DNA of 40,469 bases from Bacilli bacterium (GTDB taxonomy: Bacteria > Bacillota_I > Bacilli_A > RFN20 > CAG-826). The stretch is from the NCBI GenBank assembly GCA_017542885.1, contig JAFXWH010000101.1:1-40469 (forward strand), in the 5' to 3' direction. The notes under the pieces were generated by a model, which was not told where the DNA came from, did not search any database, and worked only from the letters and a program-made list of their open reading frames with translations. The position numbers were made by a program, and so were the translations under genes. This document shows positions 18,534 through 27,168 of the stretch, in pieces; the stretch's first letter is position 1, and the number at the start of each line of letters is the position of its first letter.

Positions 18534-20267
18534 ATGAAAAGCATTAAGAACAGATCATTATTCGCCATATTACTAAGCGCTTTTGCGCTAAGCAGCTGCC
18601 AAGAAATGCCAAAAGTTGACGATTCACTTGGAAATGTAGAGGCCTCTAGTTATGCCCAATCTACTACCTGTTCAGGAGGAACGAGCGTTCCTGAAAGCTC
18701 TAGCAGCACCTATCCTGAGGTTCATATCCGCGATATGGATAACGGAGTTATAGTCGTTTTGGAAGGAAACGAATGGATTCCTCTCCAAGGCTATTCTTTT
18801 AGGGTCGATAACCTGAACGAGGAATTCACCCTGACACTGAGAGAACTCACTGTTAAAGAAACAGGTGAAAGGCTTCTACGTGGCGTCATGTCTCTCTATT
18901 TAGCCGACGTCAATAAAGATGGTTATCTTGATTTTGTCTACACAAATAATGGCGCCGACCGTAGTAGGAATGAAGTCGGTACGTGGGTTGGTATATACGA
19001 TTACCACAACGACGCCGAACTATTCAGATTAGACGAGCCTCTTAAATATGATTACGAATTTGGCTTTGAAAACCACGAGATCGTCGTCGGAAAATGGGGC
19101 AACGACAAATATGACACTTATAATGTGTTGGATTCGGGACCTTTTGTGGGCAAAGGCATCTTGGATTACTCTCATTCAACGATAACCGTAAATTGGCAAA
19201 ACTACCTTAACATCGACTCATCTACCTTAAGAGTGACCACATCAGATAGCGCAAGAACGCCGATGCCGTTATTGCCATCGCAACAACCAACGGAAGATCA
19301 AGGGGTTCTTATATATCCTGACGCTAATACATTCATCATCGAGAATGTCAAGGCGGATAAGGCTTACTGCATTACCTCAACGATCGCAAGAAACAGCGGC
19401 AATTATGATGACCTCCCAGATACTTTGCCCGTCGCTTATCACGGACACGCTCTTTTCAAGCAGGCGATTGCAAGCAAAACCGAGGACAACGTCATCGTGA
19501 GTTTCCTTGAGCAAGGCACTCTGGAAGATGGTGCTAATAAATCGATTTCCATCGAGATCTGCTTTGACAGTCTTGTGTACACGATTATTTTCAAATTCGA
19601 CTCATATCAGTCCTTGTCTGACGCCCAAACTTTAAAGGAGGCGATGGGCTGGAGCTTCACCAAGGAACAACTGGTCCAGTTCACAAGCGAATCTATCCCT
19701 GGTTCACATTTCGATCAGCGTAGCGAAGAAGATGATCCGTTTATGCATGTTTCCATTGTCAGGGAAGGGGAGGCCACAAGATATAGTTACAGCCTTTTGG
19801 AAGCGACGGTCGCGGAAATCGATCCGGCTTTAGTGGATCCTAGTTACACGGTCGGTCACTATAACTACATTACGAGCTCAGGGACTTACACCATCAACGA
19901 GCATCTCGCATTCTTGGAAAATGGTGGTTCTTACTACTCAGTGTTAAACAAACTCAGAGAGTTTAGATACGCCCTTAACAGCACCGAAACCTATAGGCGT
20001 TTCAGGGACGGACACAATGAAATAACCGTTCAAAATCGAAGTGGTTCCGTATTGAAAGTCCTCCAAAACGCCAACAAAATCCTCTTCAAAACCAATGGCC
20101 ACTATTTGACGGAAGAAGAGAGCAATAGGCTTAAAAGCGAGTGTGAATACACCTTCACCATCGCGGGCAATAATTTCTATGTGCTTGGTAATAAAGAAAT
20201 GATTTCCGATGATCTCAGATTTGAGGTTATCTCTAATAATGATTTCTCATCGCTATTTGCTAAATAA
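18534..20267 (+). CDS. hypothetical lipoprotein with one DxNxDG motif
   Basis: AGGAGG SD, lipobox LSSC, Ser-rich linker, LADVNKDGYLDFV. Confidence 0.8.
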   Translation: MKSIKNRSLFAILLSAFALSSCQEMPKVDDSLGNVEASSYAQSTTCSGGTSVPESSSSTYPEVHIRDMDNGVIVVLEGNEWIPLQGYSFRVDNLNEEFTLTLRELTVKETGERLLRGVMSLYLADVNKDGYLDFVYTNNGADRSRNEVGTWVGIYDYHNDAELFRLDEPLKYDYEFGFENHEIVVGKWGNDKYDTYNVLDSGPFVGKGILDYSHSTITVNWQNYLNIDSSTLRVTTSDSARTPMPLLPSQQPTEDQGVLIYPDANTFIIENVKADKAYCITSTIARNSGNYDDLPDTLPVAYHGHALFKQAIASKTEDNVIVSFLEQGTLEDGANKSISIEICFDSLVYTIIFKFDSYQSLSDAQTLKEAMGWSFTKEQLVQFTSESIPGSHFDQRSEEDDPFMHVSIVREGEATRYSYSLLEATVAEIDPALVDPSYTVGHYNYITSSGTYTINEHLAFLENGGSYYSVLNKLREFRYALNSTETYRRFRDGHNEITVQNRSGSVLKVLQNANKILFKTNGHYLTEEESNRLKSECEYTFTIAGNNFYVLGNKEMISDDLRFEVISNNDFSSLFAK

Positions 20268-20272
20268 CGACC

Positions 20273-20611
20273 ATGAATACTTATTTCTCAAACATCCATA
20301 AAGGAACCATAAAACTAGGAGAATCCCCAGAATGGAACCTTGGCAACATCATCTTAAAGTTCTACGAAGACCCAAATGAGACCTATGTCGATTGTCTCGT
20401 GAAGAAGAAGATCTTCGGCAAGGAAAGGCTTTGCTCGTTGACTCATCTTCATATCGACAATTCGGATATGGAATCTTTCATCAAAGATGTCGATGACCCA
20501 AACAAGAGGATACTGATCAAAAAGATCGGCTGCATCTTAGGTCTTGGCGCCAGCTTCGAAATAGTCGACAAAGAAGATACCGGCAAAAGCGGTTTCTACT
20601 CGGAACTATGA
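20273..20611 (+). CDS. hypothetical protein
   Basis: 112 aa ORF packed 5 nt after the lipoprotein stop. Confidence 0.65.
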   Translation: MNTYFSNIHKGTIKLGESPEWNLGNIILKFYEDPNETYVDCLVKKKIFGKERLCSLTHLHIDNSDMESFIKDVDDPNKRILIKKIGCILGLGASFEIVDKEDTGKSGFYSEL

Positions 20612-20634
20612 GTGGCTTCGGCTATCATTAAAGC

Positions 20635-20922
20635 ATGGCATCCGATAACGATTTCCTTCTATATGTCCTTGACCTTCTTCGTGAGGTTAGTGGCATCACC
20701 TATCGCAAAATGATGGGCGAATATGTCATCTATAAAGACGGCAAGGTCTTTGGAGGGATATACGACAACCGCTTCCTCGTCAAAAAGACCAAATCCCTCT
20801 CGGGTTATGGCTTTAGCGAGGCTCTCCCTTATCCTGGCGGATCGATGATGTACGCCGTCGATAGCGAGGATCCAGACGAGATCAAAGAGGTAGTGGAGAA
20901 ACTCATCTCCGACCTCAAATAG
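20635..20922 (+). CDS. TfoX/Sxy N-terminal domain protein
   Basis: ITYRKMMGEY..GGIYDNRFLVK..PYPG pattern. Confidence 0.85.
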   Translation: MASDNDFLLYVLDLLREVSGITYRKMMGEYVIYKDGKVFGGIYDNRFLVKKTKSLSGYGFSEALPYPGGSMMYAVDSEDPDEIKEVVEKLISDLK

Positions 20923-21000
20923 TAAAAATAGGGCCGTTTTGCTAGGGAAAACGCCCTTTTCATTTGAATTAAATGAACCCTTTTTCGTATAATTTATGTC

Positions 21001-22074
21001 ATGTTGTTGCAATCGATAATCGTCGCTTCGGTCATTCTTCTCATCCTAATGATGGGTTTTCTTTTTTATAAGCTGCCAAATAAGGCTTCCTATGAACTGA
21101 AGACAAAACCAACCGGGTATCATTTGATCTCCGGGATCGTAATTACCGTCGTTGGACTAGCGTGCTTGGCCGGATGCGCGATTCTTATGGTTTTCGATAG
21201 GAATGGGTCGATCCAGGCTCCTCTCTTCATCCTTGGCTCCGTAATTGGCTTAGCTGGGTCGATTCAGCTCTTTTTCGTCCTCCTTGGCTTCGTCGCCATC
21301 AAAGGAGACGAGATCCATGTAAGGCTTTTCTTCAAAACGAGAAAAAGGAAGATATCCGAGATTAAGAAGATTCGCCGCGGACCTCTAGATTTCACTTTCT
21401 ATTTCAAAGACGGACGCAAGGCCGCTTTTTTTGGCATTGATCCTATCCTCGATAAGATCATCGAGAGAAAAGACCCTGAAACGGTTGTTGAGGATTTCGT
21501 TGACCCAAGATACTTCTGGAACGATCCAAAGAAGATGAAGAAAAACAGGATTTACTCAATCGTTATCTTCGCATTGGGCGTGCTCGTTATGGCTCTCTCG
21601 TTATTTTTGAGCCCTTTTGACAGGCCAGTCTATGAGAAAGACACAGTCCTCGTCACCGGAGAATTCGAAGCAGTCAGCTTCACAAATGAACGCAACCCAG
21701 ATTTTTTCTTCTATATCAAAGGTAGTGACGTCGAATACCAAATGCCTTCCGAAGTTGTCGATCGTCTTCTTAGTCCCATTTTCACGGACCTGGATTATGG
21801 CGACACGATCACCATCCGCGTCGAAAACCTAAACAATCGCAAAGCCAGAAGGGAAGGCTTCACCAAAGCTGACCGCATCTGCGCGTTTGAGTTCAATTCA
21901 AAACAGTACCTGACATATAAAGGCTATCGCGAAGGGATTTTTGAAAAGAGGGGCCGTGGTGTAAGCATATTCTCCCTTGGCCTTCTTTTCCCAGCTGTCT
22001 CAGCCATCACGTTCTCCCAGGCTGTTTTCTTTGAAAAAGCCAGAAAATCCGTTGGCGCCGATAAAGACAAATAA
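21001..22074 (+). CDS. membrane protein with bacterial PH-like region and extracellular domain
   Basis: 3 TM, AIKGDEIHVRLFFK..KISEI, then TM-loop-TM; TTGAAT-18-TATAAT 7 nt before ATG. Confidence 0.75.
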   Translation: MLLQSIIVASVILLILMMGFLFYKLPNKASYELKTKPTGYHLISGIVITVVGLACLAGCAILMVFDRNGSIQAPLFILGSVIGLAGSIQLFFVLLGFVAIKGDEIHVRLFFKTRKRKISEIKKIRRGPLDFTFYFKDGRKAAFFGIDPILDKIIERKDPETVVEDFVDPRYFWNDPKKMKKNRIYSIVIFALGVLVMALSLFLSPFDRPVYEKDTVLVTGEFEAVSFTNERNPDFFFYIKGSDVEYQMPSEVVDRLLSPIFTDLDYGDTITIRVENLNNRKARREGFTKADRICAFEFNSKQYLTYKGYREGIFEKRGRGVSIFSLGLLFPAVSAITFSQAVFFEKARKSVGADKDK

Positions 22075-22084
22075 GACTTCAGCC

Positions 22085-22591
22085 ATGTTAATCGCATCAA
22101 TCATCATTCTTTCGTTTGCCGCCATTGTCTATTTTGCGGCAACCATTTATTCCTCACTTCCGGATAAAAGCGGCTATGACGTGAAAACATATGCAGGAAA
22201 GGGCATCTACGCTATCGGCCATGTCGGCACGTGGATCGGACTCGCCTGCCTTATTCTATCGGTTACTGTTTCCGGGAACCCTGACACTGATCTAACCGGT
22301 CTTTTGTCCGTGATGGTTATGGGCCCTTTCTTCGCGCTGCTTTCGACCGCAATCCTCTTCTTTGCCAAACATGAGTTTGAGGCAATCAAAGGCGACACCA
22401 TCTACATAAGGCGTTTTATCAAGATAAAAGAACACAAGCTCTCTGAGTTAAGTGATTGCATCGCATCTCCAATTGGAATCACTCTCGTTTTCGATGACGG
22501 ACGCCACACATTCATATCCTCACTCACCAAGGGCCTTGGCCACTTTATGGAAGTCGTCGAAGAAAGAAGTGGCGTAGGGATTTCTCTTTAA
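22085..22591 (+). CDS. membrane protein, paralog of the N-terminal half of the upstream gene
   Basis: LPDKSGYDVKT vs LPNKASYELKT; AIKGDTIYIR vs AIKGDEIHVR; FDDGRH vs FKDGRK; ATG 22085 avoids overlap. Confidence 0.75.
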   Translation: MLIASIIILSFAAIVYFAATIYSSLPDKSGYDVKTYAGKGIYAIGHVGTWIGLACLILSVTVSGNPDTDLTGLLSVMVMGPFFALLSTAILFFAKHEFEAIKGDTIYIRRFIKIKEHKLSELSDCIASPIGITLVFDDGRHTFISSLTKGLGHFMEVVEERSGVGISL

Positions 22592-22603
22592 AACGAATGG
22601 CTG

Positions 22604-22639
22604 AAGGCGCGCTTCCATAATGGGCGCGCTTTTTCTTTG
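22604..22639 (+). terminator. intrinsic terminator
   Basis: GCGCGC-containing stem followed by TTTTTCTTT. Confidence 0.65.
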
Positions 22640-22698
22640 CGTGCATATGCCTACATTCTTTTTGGCGTTGTTGTAGAATGAAAATATAGAAAACGCAT

Positions 22699-23766
22699 AT
22701 GTTTAAAGAGTATCTTCTCCAGAACTGGGCCTTGATCCTTATCCTCTTGGCTTTTGCCATATCTTTGGCGACCACGGTTTTCCTTGAGAAAAGGTCCATC
22801 ATCCGCCTATACGTTTTGATTGTCTCTATTTTCATTTTGTCGATTATCGTCTATATCGAATTCTCGACGGATAACGTTGCTCTTAGGAACGTCCTCATGG
22901 CGATTAGATATAGCGCAACGCCATTCATCATCGCTCTTATCACCCACGCTCTTGTTAAGAAGATGCGCTGGTTCATATATCTTCCAGCCTCCGCTCTTCT
23001 TATTCTTGATATCGTCTCCATCTTCACTGGCATCGTCTCTAGCATCAACGAGAATAACGAAATGGTTAGAGGCCCTCTTTGGGTCACACCTTATGTCTTT
23101 GTCGGCGTCTATAGCGTCCTTCTTATCTTCCTTCTCGTTAGAAGAAGCAACAAAAGGCTCATTGAGATGATCCCGATTGGCTTTATGGCTTTCGCTCTTG
23201 GATCGGGCCTCGTCCTGCCTTTCATCTTCAAAGGCGATTACGCGAAGATCTTCTCTGTGTCTATCGCTATCGCCTTATTCGCCTACTATGAGTTCACGGT
23301 CCTTCAGCTGACAAAGAAGGATTCCTTAACGGGGTTACTTAATCGTCATGCTTATTTCGCGGACATATCCCGTGATCCTAAGAGCATCAGCGCTCTCGTC
23401 TCAATTGATATGAATGGTCTCAAAGCCATCAATGACAACGAAGGCCATGATGCAGGGGATGAGGCTCTAGCGACGTTGTCTTCTTGCTTCCGTCGTGCCC
23501 TCAAAGGCAAGGAATCGGGATACCGTGTCGGCGGAGATGAATTCATCATCGTTTGTAGAAAAGTCCAAGAAGAGGAAGTTCTAGCCCTCATAGAAAGAAT
23601 CAAAAAGAACGTTAGTGAGACAAAATACTCCTGCGCTATCGGTTATGGCCTTAACCTTTCTGGGGATAAGGACATCGAAGAGCTTCTTAGAGAATCTGAC
23701 GCCATGATGTATAGCGACAAAGACAAGTACTACGAAGAAACCGGCATCAATAGGCGTCATATCTAA
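22699..23766 (+). CDS. membrane-bound diguanylate cyclase
   Basis: About 7 TM then DSLTGLLNR, NGLKAINDNEGHDAGD, RVGGDEF. Confidence 0.93.
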   Translation: MFKEYLLQNWALILILLAFAISLATTVFLEKRSIIRLYVLIVSIFILSIIVYIEFSTDNVALRNVLMAIRYSATPFIIALITHALVKKMRWFIYLPASALLILDIVSIFTGIVSSINENNEMVRGPLWVTPYVFVGVYSVLLIFLLVRRSNKRLIEMIPIGFMAFALGSGLVLPFIFKGDYAKIFSVSIAIALFAYYEFTVLQLTKKDSLTGLLNRHAYFADISRDPKSISALVSIDMNGLKAINDNEGHDAGDEALATLSSCFRRALKGKESGYRVGGDEFIIVCRKVQEEEVLALIERIKKNVSETKYSCAIGYGLNLSGDKDIEELLRESDAMMYSDKDKYYEETGINRRHI

Positions 23767-23787
23767 AATTTTATCAATCATCAAAGG

Positions 23788-23816
23788 AGGCACTGAATCA
23801 CCAGTGCCTTTTTCTT
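23788..23816 (+). terminator. intrinsic terminator
   Basis: AGGCACTG-AATCAC-CAGTGCCT-TTTTC. Confidence 0.8.
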
Positions 23817-23945
23817 AATAGTAGAAAACGCTATAAAATATACAGAAATTTTACAAATAATGAAAACGCCGATAAAACCTAGGATATTGACGCTTCATAA
23901 CAGCAAATAACCAATAATTTTGAACTCAAAAAAATTAATTAGACG

Positions 23946-24097
23946 TATAATTCTCATGGATAAACAAATAGACAACGCGCACCAAGCGCACGTTTGCCAG
24001 GAGTTATTTCTTTCGCGTCCCCTCTCAGGGCGAGAGGCACGGAATATCTAGCCCTGAAATGAAAGGAGATTTGCTAAATAAAGCAAATTCAGATTTT
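23946..24097 (+). promoter_or_regulatory. -10 box and long structured 5' leader
   Basis: TATAAT at 23946-23951; hairpin CCTCTC/GAGAGG; alternative pairing TCAGGGC/GCCCTGA; anti-SD TTTCTTTC; SD GAAAGGAG. Confidence 0.45.
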
Positions 24098-25638
24098 ATG
24101 AAAAAATCAAAGCCTTGACCCTTCTTTCTTCCCTTGCTTTGACGATGTGCTTAGCCTCTTGTGGCGGCAATGGCAATGGCGGGGCAAGCAAAGCCGATGA
24201 GTCAACTCCAGCTGGAAGCCAAACCAGCACCGCCTCTAGCAGTCAGTTAGAGAAGATCGAGCTCACCACCGAAGGTTCTAAGACCCTCCATGTCGGCGAA
24301 ACCCTCCAAATCAAATCGAGCGTCGAAGGCGTCACCTACAAGTCATCCAATGAGAAAGTCGCAACCGTCGACCAGACTGGCAAAGTCACCGCCACCGGAC
24401 TTGGAACCGCCTCCATCAGCGCAGAAAAAGAAGGCTACCGCAAAGGAAGCATGAGCATCACGGTCGAAAGAAACCCAGCCAGCGGCAAAGTCGAATTCGA
24501 AGATGCTGACCACGTCAGTGCCGATGGTTGGTATTCAACCTCATTCTTCGGAATGGAATTCGGAAACGGATCTGCCACCCCAGTCACCACAAACGATGAC
24601 GGAACCGCCTATATCGGAAGCTTCGGCGAAGGCGATAAAGAAACCCTCAAATTCACCGCAAGCAAAGCCGAACAAGCTGAGCTTCTTGCTTATATTGGAG
24701 CTTCTTCGACCGTCAATGTTGGCGAGGCCATGTCAGCGAAGTTCAATGGAGCCGACCTTACCATCCAAGGTGAGATCACGGTCGATGGATATAACACCAC
24801 TTGGGCAGAGGTCTCTTTAGGAACCGTCAACCTCATCCAAGGCGAGAACACCCTTGAGCTCACGATGCTTGCAGGCGGTCTCTCTCTTGATTACTTAGAG
24901 GTCTACGGCTCTGCGGATACGACCATCGCAACCGTCGCGGCCCCAGCCAAAGAAGCCATTGCCATCACCAATGCCGAAGAGAGTCTCACAATCGAAGTGG
25001 GGGATACCCTCCAAATCACTTCAGAGACGACTGAGCTTACTTATCTCTCTAGCGATGAGACGGTCGCTACCGTCGACGAAAACGGTCTTGTCACCGGCGT
25101 TGCTACCGGACAGGTCAAGATCACTGCCAAGAAAGATGGCATGTATGGCGCTAGAGTCACCATCAACGTCACTCCTAAGAAAGCCGTTGGCGAAATCCAA
25201 GTCGAAGCCGAAACCGGTGTCACCGAGGATGGCGCCATCAAAGCGACTACTCCTTGGAGCATGGGCGGAGGCACCCCAGCAAGCGGAACCACTATCTCCA
25301 CTTGGCCAGCCGGTGAGACCTTAACCGTCACCTTCGAAGCCACCGAAGCCAAGGAGATGAAGCTCTTCATGACTGGCAAACCAAAGATGAATAGCTCTTA
25401 TCAGTACGAAGACATGGATCTTGGAGCGGCAGTCAGCCTCAAGTTCAACGACGTCGATGTTTCTCTTACTGGCAAAACCCTTCCGGCCCAGGCCTTATCA
25501 AGCGGTTGGGGAGCGGATTATGTCCAGGTCGAACTTGGCACCGTCAATGTCACCGTTGGCACTAACACCATCGCTATGACCGCGATTGAAGATGGTCCAG
25601 AGCTTGACTACTTCTCTCTTAAGCCAATCGCCGCTTAA
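24098..25638 (+). CDS. lipoprotein with two Big_2 (Ig-like) plus CBM6/35-like repeats; start codon out of frame by one base
   Basis: Lipobox LASC; VGETLQI..SSNEKVATVD..G.VT and VGDTLQI..SSDETVATVD..G.VT; LDYL/LDYF domain ends; ATG 24098 plus A6 is one base short of the ORF frame (in-frame TTG at 24115). Confidence 0.8.
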
Positions 25639-25655
25639 TAAGCCCTTTCAATAGG

Positions 25656-25694
25656 AACAGGGAACGCCCAAAAAGCGTTCCTTGTTTTCTTTTT
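25656..25694 (+). terminator. intrinsic terminator
   Basis: AACAGGGAACGC/GCGTTCCTTGTT then T-rich tail. Confidence 0.8.
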
Positions 25695-25766
25695 GAATCA
25701 TTAAAGGGTTTTTGCTAGCGAAACATAGTAAAATGTTTCTAATGCAAGAAAGAAAAGGGAAACAGC

Positions 25767-26531
25767 ATGGAATCATCTAGAGTGTTCAAAAACGAGAGAA
25801 GGCCTCATTACGAAGAGTTAGACAAATTCATGGATCTCATGAAGAGATACCTTTTCCCTGGCGCTTTCGACACTCTTCATGACAGCGTGGAAGAGCACAA
25901 GAAAAGCCTTCTTTCCCGCATCAAGAACATGTTCATCGAGTACATCTCCTCAGATGAAGAGAAGTGCGACTCTTTCTTAAAGAAAATCCCTGTGATCGAA
26001 GAGGAATTATACGCTGACCTCGACTTCTTCTACGAAAGCGACCCAGCTTGTGAATCCCTCTCTGAGATCGTCTACGCTTACCCAGGCTTCCTCGCCATCA
26101 CCTATTACAGAATCTCGCACGCTCTTTATGAGCTTGATATCCCATACATCCCTCGCATCATCTCCGAGAAGGTCCATAGCCTTACCGGCATCGACATCCA
26201 TCCAGGCGCGAAGATCGGCTCTCCTTTCTTCATCGACCACGGAACCGGAATCGTCGTCGGAGAGACTGCAGAGATCGGTAAACACGTTAAGATCTATCAC
26301 GGCGTTACCTTGGGCGCTCTTTCTTTGAAAGAGGGTAGGGCCTTAAGCGGAACCAAACGCCATCCAACCATCAAGGATAACGTCACCATCTATAGCGGCG
26401 CCTCAATCCTTGGGGGAGATACCGTCATCGGTGAGAACGTCACCATCGGCTCAAACGTCTTCATCGTCAACTCCGTCGTTGAAGATACGACCCTCATCTA
26501 CACGAATGACTCAGTCAAAGAAATAAAGTAG
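25767..26531 (+). CDS. cysE: serine O-acetyltransferase
   Basis: DPAC..YPG, TGIDIHPGA, FFIDHGTG, GVTLG, KRHPT hexapeptide repeats. Confidence 0.92.
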   Translation: MESSRVFKNERRPHYEELDKFMDLMKRYLFPGAFDTLHDSVEEHKKSLLSRIKNMFIEYISSDEEKCDSFLKKIPVIEEELYADLDFFYESDPACESLSEIVYAYPGFLAITYYRISHALYELDIPYIPRIISEKVHSLTGIDIHPGAKIGSPFFIDHGTGIVVGETAEIGKHVKIYHGVTLGALSLKEGRALSGTKRHPTIKDNVTIYSGASILGGDTVIGENVTIGSNVFIVNSVVEDTTLIYTNDSVKEIK

Positions 26532-26540
26532 GAGAGCCTT

Positions 26541-27074
26541 ATGAAAAAAGTCACTGTCATCACTTCTTCCTTAAGAGCGAAAAGCACCTCCAAAACCCTC
26601 ATGAATGAGATGGTTAAGGGCCTAAAAGAGCATAACGAGGTCAAAATCATCGACATTTCCCGCATGGATTTGAAATACTGCATCGGCTGCATGACTTGCC
26701 AAGAGACTGGCAAATGTGTCCTCCAAGACAGCGTCAAAGACGTGATTGAGGACGTTAACGGTGCGGATACCCTCGTCTTCGTTTCTCCTATCTATTACTA
26801 TTCGATCTCCGGTCAGCTTAAGACCTTCTTAGACAGAATGAACCCTCTTTACCCAAGAGAAGACAGGAAGTTCAAAGAGGTGTACGCCCTCTTCACCTGC
26901 GCGGACGATAATCCTGAAGCGGTCGAAAAACCGACTGCCGCCATCGAAGGCTGGGTCGAATGCTTCGATGGGGTCGAGTACAAAGGCTCCTATGATGGTC
27001 TTGCCCTTAATGATGTAGGGGACATCACAGAAGAACAGCTTAAAGGCGCATATGAATTTGGAAGCAAGATATAA
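26541..27074 (+). CDS. flavodoxin-fold iron-sulfur flavoprotein / NADPH-dependent FMN reductase
   Basis: SSLR..STS, CIGCMTC..GKC, SPIYYYSISGQLKTFLDR. Confidence 0.88.
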   Translation: MKKVTVITSSLRAKSTSKTLMNEMVKGLKEHNEVKIIDISRMDLKYCIGCMTCQETGKCVLQDSVKDVIEDVNGADTLVFVSPIYYYSISGQLKTFLDRMNPLYPREDRKFKEVYALFTCADDNPEAVEKPTAAIEGWVECFDGVEYKGSYDGLALNDVGDITEEQLKGAYEFGSKI

Positions 27075-27168
27075 TCTTGCTTTTTCTTTATAGGTATTCC
27101 TTTTCAATTAAAGAAAGTAGCATAATGTCGATAGTCGCTTTTCCATTGTCTTTTGAAAGGGGTAGACC

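Noticed and set aside
24020-24040. CTCTCAGG suggesting a glycine riboswitch; c-di-GMP riboswitch also considered
   Set aside because: No GGAGA..CCGAAG or GGCAAA..GAAA..GACGCAAA elements
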